64,000 nucleotides of DNA from Eledone cirrhosa (GCA_964016885.1 OZ024742.1:168702001-168766000), one strand, 5' to 3'. Numbered from the stretch's first letter, positions 42,901 to 55,869 are shown. The notes: a model not told the origin generated them from the sequence alone. Program-made: numbers and translations.

Positions 42901-44924
42901 AAATTCATTAAAAAAATCCATTTAAAAAATCCATTAAAAATCCATTAAAAATCCATTAAAAATCCATTAAAAATCCATTAAAAATCTATTAAAAATCCAT
43001 TAAAAATCCATTAAAAATCCATTAAAAATCCATTTAAAAAAATCCATTAAAAAAATCCATTAAAAAATCCATTTAAAAAATCCATTAAAAAAAATCCATT
43101 AAAAAAAACTCAATCAAAAACCCATAAAAGAAACATTAAAACACAGCATTTAAAAATCCATTAAAAAAATCCATTAAAAAAAATCCATTAAAAAATCCAT
43201 TAAAAATCCATTAAAAATCCATTAAAAATCCATTTAAAATCCATTAAAAATCCATTAAAAAATTCATTTAAAAAAATCCATTAAAAAAATCCATTAAAAA
43301 AATCAATTTAAAAAAATCCATTAAAAATCCATTAAAAAAATCCATTTAAAAAAATCCATTAAAAACCCATTAAAAATCCATTAAAAATCCATTAAAAAAT
43401 CCATTTAAAAAACCCATTAAAAAAAATCAATTAAAAAAAACCATTTAAAAAATCCATTAAAAAAATCCATTAAAAAAACCCATTAAAAAAAATCCATTAA
43501 AAAAATCCATTTAAAAAATCCATTAAAAAAAAATCCATTAAAAAAAATCCATAAAAAAATCCATTAAAAAAATCCATTAAAAAAAAATCCATTAAAAAAA
43601 ATCCATTAAAAATCCATTAAAAAAATCCATTTAAAAAAATCCATTAAAAAATCCATTAAAAACCCATTAAAAATCCATTAAAAATCCATTAAAAATCCAT
43701 TAAAAAATCCATTTAAAAAACCCATTAAAAAAATCCATTAAAAAAATCCATTTAAAAAATCCATTTAAAAAATCCATTAAAAAAAATCCATTTAAAAAAA
43801 CCCATTAAAAAAAATCCATTAAAAAAATCCATTTAAAAAATCCATAAAAAAAAATCCATAAAAAAAATCCATTAAAAAAAATCCATTAAAAAAAAAATCC
43901 GTTAAAAAAAATCCATTAAAAATCCATTAAAAATCCATTAAAAATCCATTAAAAATCCATTAAAAATCCATTTAAAAAAATCCATTTAAAAAATCCATTA
44001 AAAAAATCCATTTAAAAAATCCATTAAAAAAAATCCATTAAAAAAAAATCCATCAAAAAAAATCCATTAAAAAAAATCAATTAAAAAAAATCCATTAAAA
44101 ATCCATTAAAAAAATCCATTTAAAAAAATCCATTAAAAACCCATTAAAAATCCATTAAAAATCCATTAAAAAATCCATTTAAAAAACCCATAAAAAAAAA
44201 TCCATTAAAAAAAACCCATTAAAAAATCCATTAAAAAAATCCATTTAAAAAATCCATAAAAAAAAATCCATTAAAAAAATCCATAAAAAAATCCATTAAA
44301 AAAATCCATTAAAAAAAAATCCATTAAAAAAAATCCATTAAAAATCCATTAACAAAATCCATTTAAAAAAATCCATTAAAAAATCCATTAAAAACCCATT
44401 AAAAATCCATTAAAAATCCATTAAAAATCCATTAAAAAATCCATTTAAAAAACCATTAAAAAAATCCATTAAAAAAATCCATTTAAAAAATCCATTAAAA
44501 AAATCCATTTAAAAAACCCATTAAAAAAAACCCATTAAAAAAATCCATTTAAAAAATCCATTAAAAAAATCCATTAAAAAAATCCATAAAAAAAATCCAT
44601 TAAAAAAAATCCATTAAAAAAAAATCCGTTAAAAAAAATCCATTAAAAAAAAATCCGTTAAAAAAAATCCATTAAAAGCTCAATCAAAAACCCATTAAAA
44701 ACGCCATAAAAATCATTAAAATCCCATTAAAGATACATTAAAGGCCCATTAAAAACGCGATAAAAAATCCATTAAAAAAAAATCAATCAAAAACCCATAA
44801 AAGAAACATTAAAACAACATTTAAAAAATCCATTAAAAATCCATTAAAAAATCCATTTAAAAAAATCCATTAAAAAAAATCCTTTTAAAAAATCCATTTA
44901 AAAAATCCATTAAAAAAAATCCAT

Positions 44925-45124
44925 NNNNNNNNNNNNNNNNNNNNNNNNNNNNNNNNNNNNNNNNNNNNNNNNNNNNNNNNNNNNNNNNNNNNNNNNNNNN
45001 NNNNNNNNNNNNNNNNNNNNNNNNNNNNNNNNNNNNNNNNNNNNNNNNNNNNNNNNNNNNNNNNNNNNNNNNNNNNNNNNNNNNNNNNNNNNNNNNNNNN
45101 NNNNNNNNNNNNNNNNNNNNNNNN
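44925..45124. other. Assembly gap (200 N)
   Basis: A run of exactly 200 N. A round fixed length is typical of an arbitrary scaffolding spacer rather than a sized gap. Confidence 0.99.
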
Positions 45125-48100
45125 TTATCTCCCCTTGATTTTTTTTACAAATTATCTCCCCCTGATTTTTTTTTACAAATTATCTCCCCCTGATTTTTTT
45201 TTACAAATTATCTACCCCTGATTTTTTTTACAAATTATCTCCCCCTGATTTTTTTTACAAATTATCTCTCCCTGATTTTTTTTTACAAATTATCTCCCCC
45301 TGATTTTTTTTTACAAATTATCTACGCCTGATTTTTTTTTACAAATTATCTCCCCCTGATTTTTTTTACAAATTATCTCCCCCTGATTTTTTTACAAATT
45401 ATCTCCCCCCGATTTTTTTTACAAATTATCTCCGCCTAATTTTTTTAAATATTATCTTGCCTTGGCTGGCGGGAAATTATCTCCCCTTGGACGGCTGGAA
45501 ATTATCTCCCCTTGGACGGCTGGAAATTATCTCTCCTCGGACGACTAGAAATTACCTCTCCTTGGACAGCTGAAAATTATCTCCCCTTGGACGGCTGGAA
45601 ATTATCTCCCCTTGATTTTTTTTACAAATTATCTCCCCCTGATTTTTTTTTACAAATTATCTCCCCCTGATTTTTTTTTACAAATTATCTCCCCCTGATT
45701 TTTTTTACAAATTATCTCCCCCTGATATTTTTTACAAATTATCTCCCCCTGATTTTTTTACAAATTATCTCCCCTTGGCTGGCTGGAAATTATCTCCCCT
45801 TGGAGGCTGGAATTTATCTCCCCTTGGACGGCTAGAAATTACCTCGCCTTGGACGGCTGGAAAATATGTCTCCTTGGACGGCTGGAAATTATCTCCCCTT
45901 GGACGGCTGGAAATTATCTCCCCTTGGACGGCTAGATATTACCTCCCCTTGGACGGCTGGAAATTATCTCCCCTTGATTTTTTTTACAAATTATCTCCCC
46001 CTGATTTTTTTTTACAAATTATCTCCCCCTGATTTTTTTTTACAAATTATCTACCCCTGATTTTTTTTTTACAAATTATCTCCCCCTGATTTTTTTTACA
46101 AATTATCTCTCCCTGATTTTTTTTTACAAATTATCTCCCCCTGATTTTTTTTTACAAATTATCTACCCCTGATTTTTTTTTACAAATTATCTCCCCCTGA
46201 TTTTTTTTACAAATTATCTCCCCCTGATTTTTTTACAAATTATCTCCCCCTGATTTTTTTACAAATTATCTCCCCCCGATTTTTTTTACAAATTATCTCC
46301 GCCTAATTTTTTTAAATATTATCTTCCCTTGGCTGGCGGGAAATTATCTCCCCTTGGACGGCTTAAAATTATCTCCCCTTGGACGGCTGGAAATTATCTC
46401 CCCTTGATTTTTTTACAAATTATCTCCCCCTGATTATTTTTTACAAATTATCTCCCCCTGATTTTTTTTTACAAATTATCTCCCTCTGATTTTTTTTACA
46501 AATTATCTCCCCTTGGCTGGCTGGAAATTATCTCCCCTTGGAGGCTGGAATTTGTCTCCCCTTGGACGGTTAGAAATTACCTCTCCTTGGACTGCTGGAA
46601 AATATGTCTCCTTGGACGGCTGGAAATTATCTCCCCTGGGACGGCTGGAAATTATCTCCCCTTGGACGGCTGGAAATTATCTCTCCTCGGACGACTAGAA
46701 ATTACCTCTCCTTGGACAGCTGAAAATTATCTCCCCTTGGACGGCTGGAAATTATCTCCCCTTGATTTTTTTTACAAATTATCTCCCCCTGATTTTTTTT
46801 TACAAATTATCTCCCCCTGATTTTATTTTACAAATTATCTCCCCCTGATTTTTTTTACAAATTATCTCCCCCTGATATTTTTTACAAATTATCTCCCCCT
46901 GATTTTTTTACAAATTATCTCCCCTTGGCTGGCTGGAAATTATCTCCCCTTGGAGGCTGGAATTTATCTCCCCTTGGACGGCTAGAAATTACCTCGCCTT
47001 GGACGGCTGGAAAATATGTCTCCTTGGACGGCTGGAAATTATCTCCCCTTGGACGGCTGGAAATTATCTCCCCTTGGACGGCTGGAAATTATCTCCCCTT
47101 GGACGGCTAGATATTACCTCCCCTTGGACGGCTGGAAATTATCTCCCCTTGATTTTTTTTACAAATTATCTCCCCCTGATTTTTTTTTACAAATTATCTC
47201 CCTGATTTTTTTTTACGAATTATCTCCCCCTGATTTTTTTTTACAAATTATCTCCGCCTGATTTTTTTTTAAAAATTATCTCCCCTTGAACGGCTGGAAA
47301 TTATCTCCCCTTGGACGGCTGGAAATTATCTCCCCTTGGACGGCTAGAAATTACCTCTCCTTGGACGGCTGAAAATTATCTCCCCTTGGACGGCTGCAAA
47401 TTATCTCCCCTTGATTTTTTAACAAATTATCTCCCCCTGATTTTTTTTTACAAATTATCTCCCCCTGATTTTTTTTTACAAATTATCTACGCCTAAGTTT
47501 TTTTACAAATTATCTCCCCCTGATTTTTTTTTACAAATTATCTCCCCCTGATTTTTTTTACAAATTATCTCCCCCTGATTTTTTTTTACAAATTATTTAC
47601 CCCTGATTTTTTTACAAATTATCTCCCCCCTGATTTTTTTTACAATCTCCGCCTGATTTTTTAAAAAATTATCTTCCCTTGGCTGGCGGGAAATTATCTC
47701 CCCTTGGACGGCTGGAAATTATATCCCCTTGGACGGCTGGAAATTACCTCCCCTTGGACAGCTGGAAATTATCTGCCCTTGATTTTGTTTTTACAAATTA
47801 TCTCCCCCTGATTTTTATTACAAATTATCTCCACCTGATTTTTTAAAAAATTATCTCCCCTTGGACGGCTGGAAATTATCTCCCCTTGATTTTTTTACAA
47901 ATTATCTCCCCCTGATTTTTTTTACAAATTATCTCCCCCTGATTTTTTTTTTACAAATTATCTCCCCCTGATTTTTTTACAAATTATCTCCCCCTGATTT
48001 TTTTTACAAATTATCTCCGCCTGATTTTTTAAAATATTATCTTCCCTTGGCTGGCGGGAAATTATCTCCCCTTGGACGGCTGAAAATTATCTCCCCTTGG

Positions 48101-49720
48101 ACGGCTGGAAATTATCTCCCCTTGATTATTTTTACAAATTATCTCCCCCTGATTTTTTTTTACAAATTATCTCCCCCTGATTTTTTTTTACAAATTATCT
48201 CCCCCTGATTTTTTTTTACAAATTATCTGCCCCTGATTTTTTTTACAAATTATCTCCCCCTGATTTTTTTACAAATTATCTCCCCTTGGCTGGCTGGAAA
48301 TGATCTCCCCTTGGAGGCTGGAATTTATCTCCCCTTGGACGGCTAGAAATTACCTCTCCTTGGACGGCTGGAAAATATTTCTCCTTGGACGGCTGGATAT
48401 TATCTACCCTTGGACGGGTGGAAATTATCTCCCCTTGGACGGCTGGAAATTATCTCCCCTTGGACGGCTAGATATTACCTCCCCTTGGACGGCTGGAAAT
48501 TATCTCCCCTTGATTTTTTTTACAGATTATCTCCCCCTGATTTTTTTTTTACAAATTATCTCCCCATGATTTTTTACAAATTATCTCCCCCTGATTTTTT
48601 TTACAAATTACCTCCGCCTGATTTTTTTAAATATTATCTTCCCTTGGCTGGCGGGAAATTATCTCCCCTTGGACGGCTGAAAATTATCTCCCCTTGGACG
48701 GCTGGAAATTATCTCCCCTTGATTTTTTTTACAAATTATCTCCCCCTGATTATTTTTTACAAATTATCTTTCCCTGATTTTTTTTTACAAATTATCTCCC
48801 CCTGATTTTTTTTACAAATTATCTCCCCCTGATTTTTTTACAAATTATCTCCCCTTGGCTGGCTGGAAATTATCTCCCCTTGGTGGCTGGAATTTATCTC
48901 CCCTTGGACGGCTGGAAATTATCTCTCCTTGGACGGCTAGTAATTACCTCTCCTTGGACGGCTGGAAAATATGTCTCGTTGGAGGGCTGGAAATTATCTC
49001 CCCTTGGACGGCTGGAAATTATCTCCCCTTGGACGGCTGGAAATTATCTCTCCTTGGGCGGCTAGAAATTACCTCGCCTTGGACGGCTGGAAAATATGTC
49101 TCCTTGGACGGCTGGAAATTATCTCCCCTTGGACGGCTGGAAATTATCTCCCCTTGGACGGCTGGATATTATCTACCCTTGGACGGCTAGATATTACCTC
49201 CCCTTGGACGGCTGGAAATTATCTCCCCTTGATTTTTTTTACAAATTATCTCCCCCTGATTTTTTTTTACAAATTATCTCCCCTTGATTTTTTTTTACAA
49301 ATTATCTACCCCTGATTTTTTTTTACAAATTATCTCCCCCTGATTTTTTTTACAAATTATCTCTCCCTGATTTTTTTTTACAAATTATCTCCCCCTGATT
49401 TTTTTTTACAAATTATCTACCCCTGATTTTTTTTTACAAATTATCTCCCCCTGATTTTTTTTACAAATTATCTCCCCCTGATTTTTTTACAAATTATCTC
49501 CCCCCGATTTTTTTTACAAATTATCTCCGCCTAATTTTTTTAAATATTATCTTCCCTTGGCTGGCGGGAAATTATCTCCCCTTGGACGGCTGAAAATTAT
49601 CTCCCCTTGGACGGCTGGAAATTATCTCCCCTTGGAGGCTGGAATTTATCTCCCCTTGGACGGCTAGAAATTACCTCGCCTTGGACGGCTGGAAAATATG
49701 TCTCCTTGGACGGCTGGAAA
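45125..49720. repeat. Long direct repeat within satellite B, copy 1 (copy 2 at ~55870-60380, offset ~10739)
   Basis: Private variants recur at offset 10739: CTTAAAATT 46362/57101, TTGTCTCC 46552/57291, CTGCTGG 46592/57331, CCTAAG 47492/58231, GATCTCC 48302/59041, GGTGGCTGG 48882/59621. The ORF track repeats at the same offset. Confidence 0.93.
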
Positions 49721-52700
49721 TTATCTCCTCTTGGACGGCTGAAAATGATCTCCCCTTGGACGGCTGGAAATTATCTCCCCTTGATTTTTTTTACAAATTA
49801 TCTCCCCCTGATTATTTTTTACAAATTATCTCCCCCTGATTTTTTTTTACAAATTATCTCCCCCTGATTTTTTTTACAAATTATCTCCCCCTGATTTTTT
49901 TACAAATTATCTCCCCTTGGCTGGCTGGAAATTATCTCCCCTTGGAGGCTGGAATTTATCTCCCCTTGGACGGTTAGAAATTACCTCTCCTTGGACGGCT
50001 GGAAAATATGTCTCCTTGGACGGCTGGAAATTATCGCCCCTTGGACGGCTGGAAATTATCTCCCCTTGGACGGCTGGAAATTATCTCTCCTCGGACGGCT
50101 AGAAATTACCTCTCCTTGGACAACTGAAAATTATCTCCCCTTGGACGGCTGGAAATTATCTCCCCTTGATTTTTTTTACAAATTATCTCCCCCTGATTTT
50201 TTTTTACAAATTATCTCCCCCTGATTTTTTTTTACAAATTATCTCCCCCTGATTTTTTTTTACAAATTATCTCCCCCTGATATTTTTTACAAATTATCTC
50301 CCCCTGATTTTTTTACAAATTATCTCCCCTTGGCTGGCTGGAAATTATCTCCCCTTGGAGGCTGGAATTTATCTCCCCTTGGACGGCTAGAAATTACCTC
50401 GCCTTGGACGGCTGGAAAATATGTCTCCTTGGACGGCTGGAAATTATCTCCCCTTGGACGGCTGGAAATTATCTCCCCTTGGACGGCTGGAAATTATCTC
50501 CCCTTGGACGGCTAGATATTACCTCCCCTTGGACGGCTGGAAATTATCTCCCCTTGATTTTTTTTACAAATTATCTCCCCCTGATTTTTTTTTACAAATT
50601 ATCTCCCCCTGATTTTTTTTTACGAATTATCTCCCCCCGATTTTTTTTTACAAATTATCTCCGCCTGATTTTTTTTTAAAAATTATCTCCCCTTGAACGG
50701 CTGGAAATTATCTCCCCTTGGACGGCTGGAAATTATCTCCCCTTGGACGGCTAGAAATTACCTCTCCTTGGACGGCTGAAAATTATCTCCCCTTGGACGG
50801 CTGCAAATTATCTCCCCTTGATTTTTTAACAAATTATCTCCCCCTGATTTTTTTTTACAAATTATCTCCCCCTGATTTTTTTTTACAAATTATCTCCCCC
50901 TGATTTTTTTTTACAAATTATCTCCCCCTGATTTTTTTACAAATTATCTCCCCCTGATTTTTTTTACAATCTCCGCCTGATTTTTTAAAAAATTATCTTC
51001 CCTTGGCTGGCGGGAAATTATCTCCCCTTGGACGGCTGGAAATTATATCCCCTTGGAAGGATGGAAATTATCTCCCCTTGGACGGCTGGAAATTATCTCC
51101 CCTTGGACGGCTGGAAATTATCTCCCCTTGGACAGCTGGAAATTATCTGCCCTTGATTTTGTTTTTACAAATTATCTCCCCCTGATTTTTTTTACAAATT
51201 ATCTCCACCTGATTTTTAAAAAAATTATCTCCCCTTGGACGGCTGGAAGTTATCTCCCCTTGATTTTTTTACAAATTATCTCCCCCTGATTTTTTTTACA
51301 AATTATCTCCCCCTGATTTTTTGTTACAAATTATCTCCCCCTGATTTTTTTACAAATTATCTCCCCCTGATTTTTTTTACAAATTATCTCCCCCTGATTT
51401 TTTTAAATATTATCTTCCCTTGGCTGGCGGGAAATTATCTCCCCTTGGACGGCTGAAAATTATCTCCCCTTGGACGGCTGGAAATTATCTCCCCTTGATT
51501 TTTTTTACAAATTATCTCCCCCTGATTTTTTTTTACAAATTATCTCCCCCTGATTTTTTTTTACAAATTATCTCCCCCTGATTTTTTTTTACAAATTATC
51601 TCCACCTGATTTTTTTTTACAAATTATCTCCCCCTGATTTTTTTACAAATTATCTCCCCTTGGCTGGCAGGAAATTATCTCCCCTTGGAGGCTGGAATTT
51701 ATCTCCCCTTGGACGGTTAGAAATTACCTCTCCTTGGAGGGCTGGAAAATATGTCTCCTTGGACGGCTGGATATTATCTACCCTTGGACGGCTGGAAATT
51801 ATCTCCCCTTGGACGGCTGGAAATTATCTCCCCTTGGACGGCTAGATATTACCTCCCCTTGGACGGCTGGAAATTATCTCCCCTTGATTTTTTTTACAAA
51901 TTATCTCCCCCTGATTTTTTTTTACGAATTATCTCCCCCTGATTTTTTTTTACAAATTATCTCCGCCTGATTTTTTTTTTTAAATTATCTCCCCTTGAAC
52001 GGCTGGAAATTATCTCCCCTTGGACGGCTGGAAATTATCTCCCCTTGGACGGCTAGAAATTACCTCTCCTTGGACGGCTGAAAATTATCTCCCCTTGGAC
52101 GGCTGCAAATTATCTCCCCTTGATTTTTTTAACAAATTATCTCCCCCTGATTTTTTTTTACAAATTATCTCCCCCTGATTTTTTTTTACAAATTATCTAC
52201 GCCTAATTTTTTTTACAAATTATCTCCCCCTGATTTTTTTTTACAAATTATCTCCCCCTGATTTTTTTTACAAATTATCTCCCCCTGATTTTTTTTTACA
52301 AATTATCTCCCCCTGCTTTTTTTACAAATTATCTCCCCCCTGATTATTTTTACAATCTCCGCCTGATTTTTTTAAAAATTATCTTCCCTTGGCTGGCGGG
52401 AAATTATCTCCCCTTGGACGGCTGGAAATTATATCCCCTTGGAAGGATGGAAATTATCTCCCCTTGGACGGCTGGAAATTATCTCCCCTTGGACGGCTGG
52501 AAATTACCTCCCCTTGGACAGCTGGAAATTATCTGCCCTTGATTTTGTTTTTACAAATTATCTCCCCCTGATTTTTTTTACAAATTATCTCCACCTGATT
52601 TTTTAAAAAATTATCTCCCCTTGGACGGCTGGAAATTATCTCCCCTTGATTTTTTTACAAATTATCTCCCCCTGATTTTTTTTACAAATTATCTCCCCCT

Positions 52701-52819
52701 GATTTTTTTTTTACAAATTATCTCCCCCTGATTTTTTTACAAATTATCTCCCCCTGATTTTTTTTACAAATTATCTCCGCCTGATTTTTTTAAATATTAT
52801 CTTCCCTTGGCTGGCGGGA

Positions 52820-55740
52820 AATTATCTCCCCTTGGAAGGCTGAAAATTATCTCCCCTTGGACGGCTGGAAATTATCTCCCCTTGATTTTTTTACAAATTA
52901 TCTCCCCCTGATTTTTTTTTACAAATTATCTCCCCCTGATTTTTTTTTACAAATTATCTCCCCCTGATTTTTTTTTACAAATTATCTGCCCCTGATTTTT
53001 TTTACAAATTATCTCCCCCTGATTTTTTTACAAATTATCTCCCCTTGGCTGGCTGGAAATTATCTCCCCTTGGAGGCTGGAATTTATCTCCCCTTGGACG
53101 GCTAGAAATTACCTCTCCTTGGACGGCTGGAAAATATTTCTCCTTGGACGGCTGGATATTATCTACCCTTGGACGGGTGGAAATTATCTCCCCTTGGACG
53201 GCTGGAAATTATCTCCCCTTGGACGGCTAGATATTACCTCCCCTTGGACGGCTGGAAATTATCTCCCCTTGATTTTTTTTACAAATTATCTCCCCCTGAT
53301 TTTATTTTACAAATTATCTCCCCCTGATTTTTTTTACAAATTATCTCCCCCTGATATTTTTTACAAATTATCTCCCCCTGATTTTTTTACAAATTATCTC
53401 CCCTTGGCTGGCTGGAAATTATCTCCCCTTGGACGGCTAGATATTACCTCCCCTTGGACGGCTGGAAATTATCTCCCCTTGATTTTTTTTACAAATTATC
53501 TCCCCCTGATTTTTTTTTACAAATTATCTCCCCCTGATTTTTTTTTACAAATTATCTACCCCTGATTTTTTTTTACAAATTATCTCCCCCTGATTTTTTT
53601 ACAAATTATCTCTCCCTGATTTTTTTTTACAAATTATCTCCCCCTGATTTTTTTTTACAAATTATCTACCCCTGATTTTTTTTTACAAATTATCTCCCCC
53701 TGATTTTTTTTACAAATTATCTCCCCCTGATTTTTTTTACAAATTATCTCCCCCTGATTTTTTTACAAATTATCTCCCCCCGATTTTTTTTACAAATTAT
53801 CTCCCCTTGGCTGGCTGGAAATTATCTCCCCTTGGAGGCTGGAATTTATCTCCCCTTGGACGGTTAGAAATTACCTCTCCTTGGACGGCTGGAAAATATG
53901 TCTCCTTGGACGGCTGGAAATTATCTCCCCTGGGACGGCTGGAAATTATCTCCCCTTGGACGGCTGGAAATTATCTCTCCTCGGACGACTAGAAATTACC
54001 TCTCCTTGGACAGCTGAAAATTATCTCCCCTTGGACGGCTGGAAATTATCTCCCCCTGATTTTTTTTTACAAATTATCTCCCCCTGATTTTTATTTTACA
54101 AATTATCTCCCCCTGATTTTTTTTACAAATTATCTCCCCCTGATATTTTTTACAAATTATCTCCCCCGATTTTTTTACAAATTATCTCCCCTTGGCTGGC
54201 TGGAAATTATCTCCCCTTGGAGGCTGGAATTTATCTCCCCTTGGACGGCTAGAAATTACCTCGCCTTGGACGGCTGGAAATTATCTCCCCTTGGAAGGCT
54301 GAAAATTATCTCCCCTTGGACGGCTGGAAATTATCTCCCCTTGATTTTTTTACAAATTATCTCCCCCTGATTTTTTTTTACAAATTATCTCCCCCTGATT
54401 TTTTTTTACAAATTATCTCCCCCTGATTTTTTTTTACAAATTATCTGCCCCTGATTTTTTTTACAAATTATCTCCCCCTGATTTTTTTACAAATTATCTC
54501 CCCTTGGCTGGCTGGAAATTATCTCCCCTTGGAGGCTGGAATTTATCTCCCCTTGGACGGCTAGAAATTACCTCTCCTTGGACGGCTGGAAAATATTTCT
54601 CCTTGGACGGCTGGATATTATCTACCCTTGGACGGGTGGAAATTATCTCCCCTTGGACGGCTGGAAATTATCTCCCCTTGGACGGCTAGATATTACCTCC
54701 CCTTGGACGGCTGGAAATTATCTCCCCTTGATTTTTTTTACAAATTATCTCCCCCTGATTTTATTTTACAAATTATCTCCCCCTGATATTTTTTACAAAT
54801 TATCTCCCCCTGATATTTTTTACAAATTATCTCCCCCTGATTTTTTTACAAATTATCTCCCCTTGGCTGGCTGGAAATTATCTCCCCTTGGACGGCTAGA
54901 TATTACCTCCCCTTGGACGGCTGGAAATTATCTCCCCTTGATTTTTTTTACAAATTATCTCCCCCTGATTTTTTTTTACAAATTATCTCCCCCTGATTTT
55001 TTTTTACAAATTATCTACCCCTGATTTTTTTTTACAAATTATCTCCCCCTGATTTTTTTACAAATTATCTCTCCCTGATTTTTTTTTACAAATTATCTCC
55101 CCCTGATTTTTTTTTACAAATTATCTACCCCTGATTTTTTTTTACAAATTATCTCCCCCTGATTTTTTTTACAAATTATCTCCCCCTGATTTTTTTTACA
55201 AATTATCTCCCCCTGATTTTTTTACAAATTATCTCCCCCCGATTTTTTTTACAAATTATCTCCCCTTGGCTGGCTGGAAATTATCTCCCCTTGGAGGCTG
55301 GAATTTATCTCCCCTTGGACGGTTAGAAATTACCTCTCCTTGGACGGCTGGAAAATATGTCTCCTTGGACGGCTGGAAATTATCTCCCCTGGGACGGCTG
55401 GAAATTATCTCCCCTTGGACGGCTGGAAATTATCTCTCCTCGGACGACTAGAAATTACCTCTCCTTGGACAGCTGAAAATTATCTCCCCTTGGACGGCTG
55501 GAAATTATCTCCCCCTGATTTTTTTTTACAAATTATCTCCCCCTGATTTTTATTTTACAAATTATCTCCCCCTGATTTTTTTTACAAATTATCTCCCCCT
55601 GATATTTTTTACAAATTATCTCCCCCTGATTTTTTTACAAATTATCTCCCCTTGGCTGGCTGGAAATTATCTCCCCTTGGAGGTTGGAATTTATCTCCCC
55701 TTGGACGGCTAGAAATTACCTCGCCTTGGACGGCTGGAAA
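52820..55740. repeat. Tandem duplication of a ~1459 bp segment of satellite B
   Basis: TTGGAAGGCTGAAAA at 52832 and 54291. ORF pairs 53045/54504, 53119/54578, 53807/55266 and 53881/55340 are all offset by 1459. Confidence 0.92.
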
Positions 55741-55869
55741 ATATGTCTCCTTGGACGGCTGGAAATTATCTCCCCTTGGACGGCTGGAATTTATCTCCCC
55801 TTGGACGGCTGGATATTATCTACCCTTGGACGGCTAGATATTACCTCCCCTTGGACGGCTGGAAATTAT

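Larger units (their letters stand above)
1..44924. repeat. Satellite A: tandem array of TCCATT(T)-A(5-10), 11-16 bp monomers
   Basis: Uninterrupted head-to-tail units such as AAAAATCCATT, AAAAAAATCCATT and AAAAAATCCATTT, with recurrent variants CCCATT, TCAATT, TCCGTT, TCCAT, GCCATT. One orientation throughout and G very rare on the + strand. Roughly 3,500 monomers (length divided by ~13 bp). Truncated by the window start and by the gap. Confidence 0.99.

Noticed and set aside
1-44924. Telomerase-synthesised telomeric repeat with slippage
   Set aside because: It matches no telomere motif I recognise. Kilobase-scale HORs with complex cassettes imply recombinational amplification rather than templated addition of a short unit.
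1-44924. A-tract variation as homopolymer sequencing error
   Set aside because: The same irregular run lengths recur at equivalent positions of separate HOR copies, which random error would not produce. Isolated single-base differences could still be errors.
1-44924. Human satellite II/III (CCATT/GGAAT pentamer) family
   Set aside because: Only the 5-mer CCATT is shared. Those satellites are contiguous pentamer arrays without interposed A5-10 tracts, so the similarity is too short to imply homology.
45470-45490. NF-kB/Rel site (GGGAAATTATC)
   Set aside because: It lacks the terminal CC of the GGGRNWYYCC consensus and is only a half-site resemblance.
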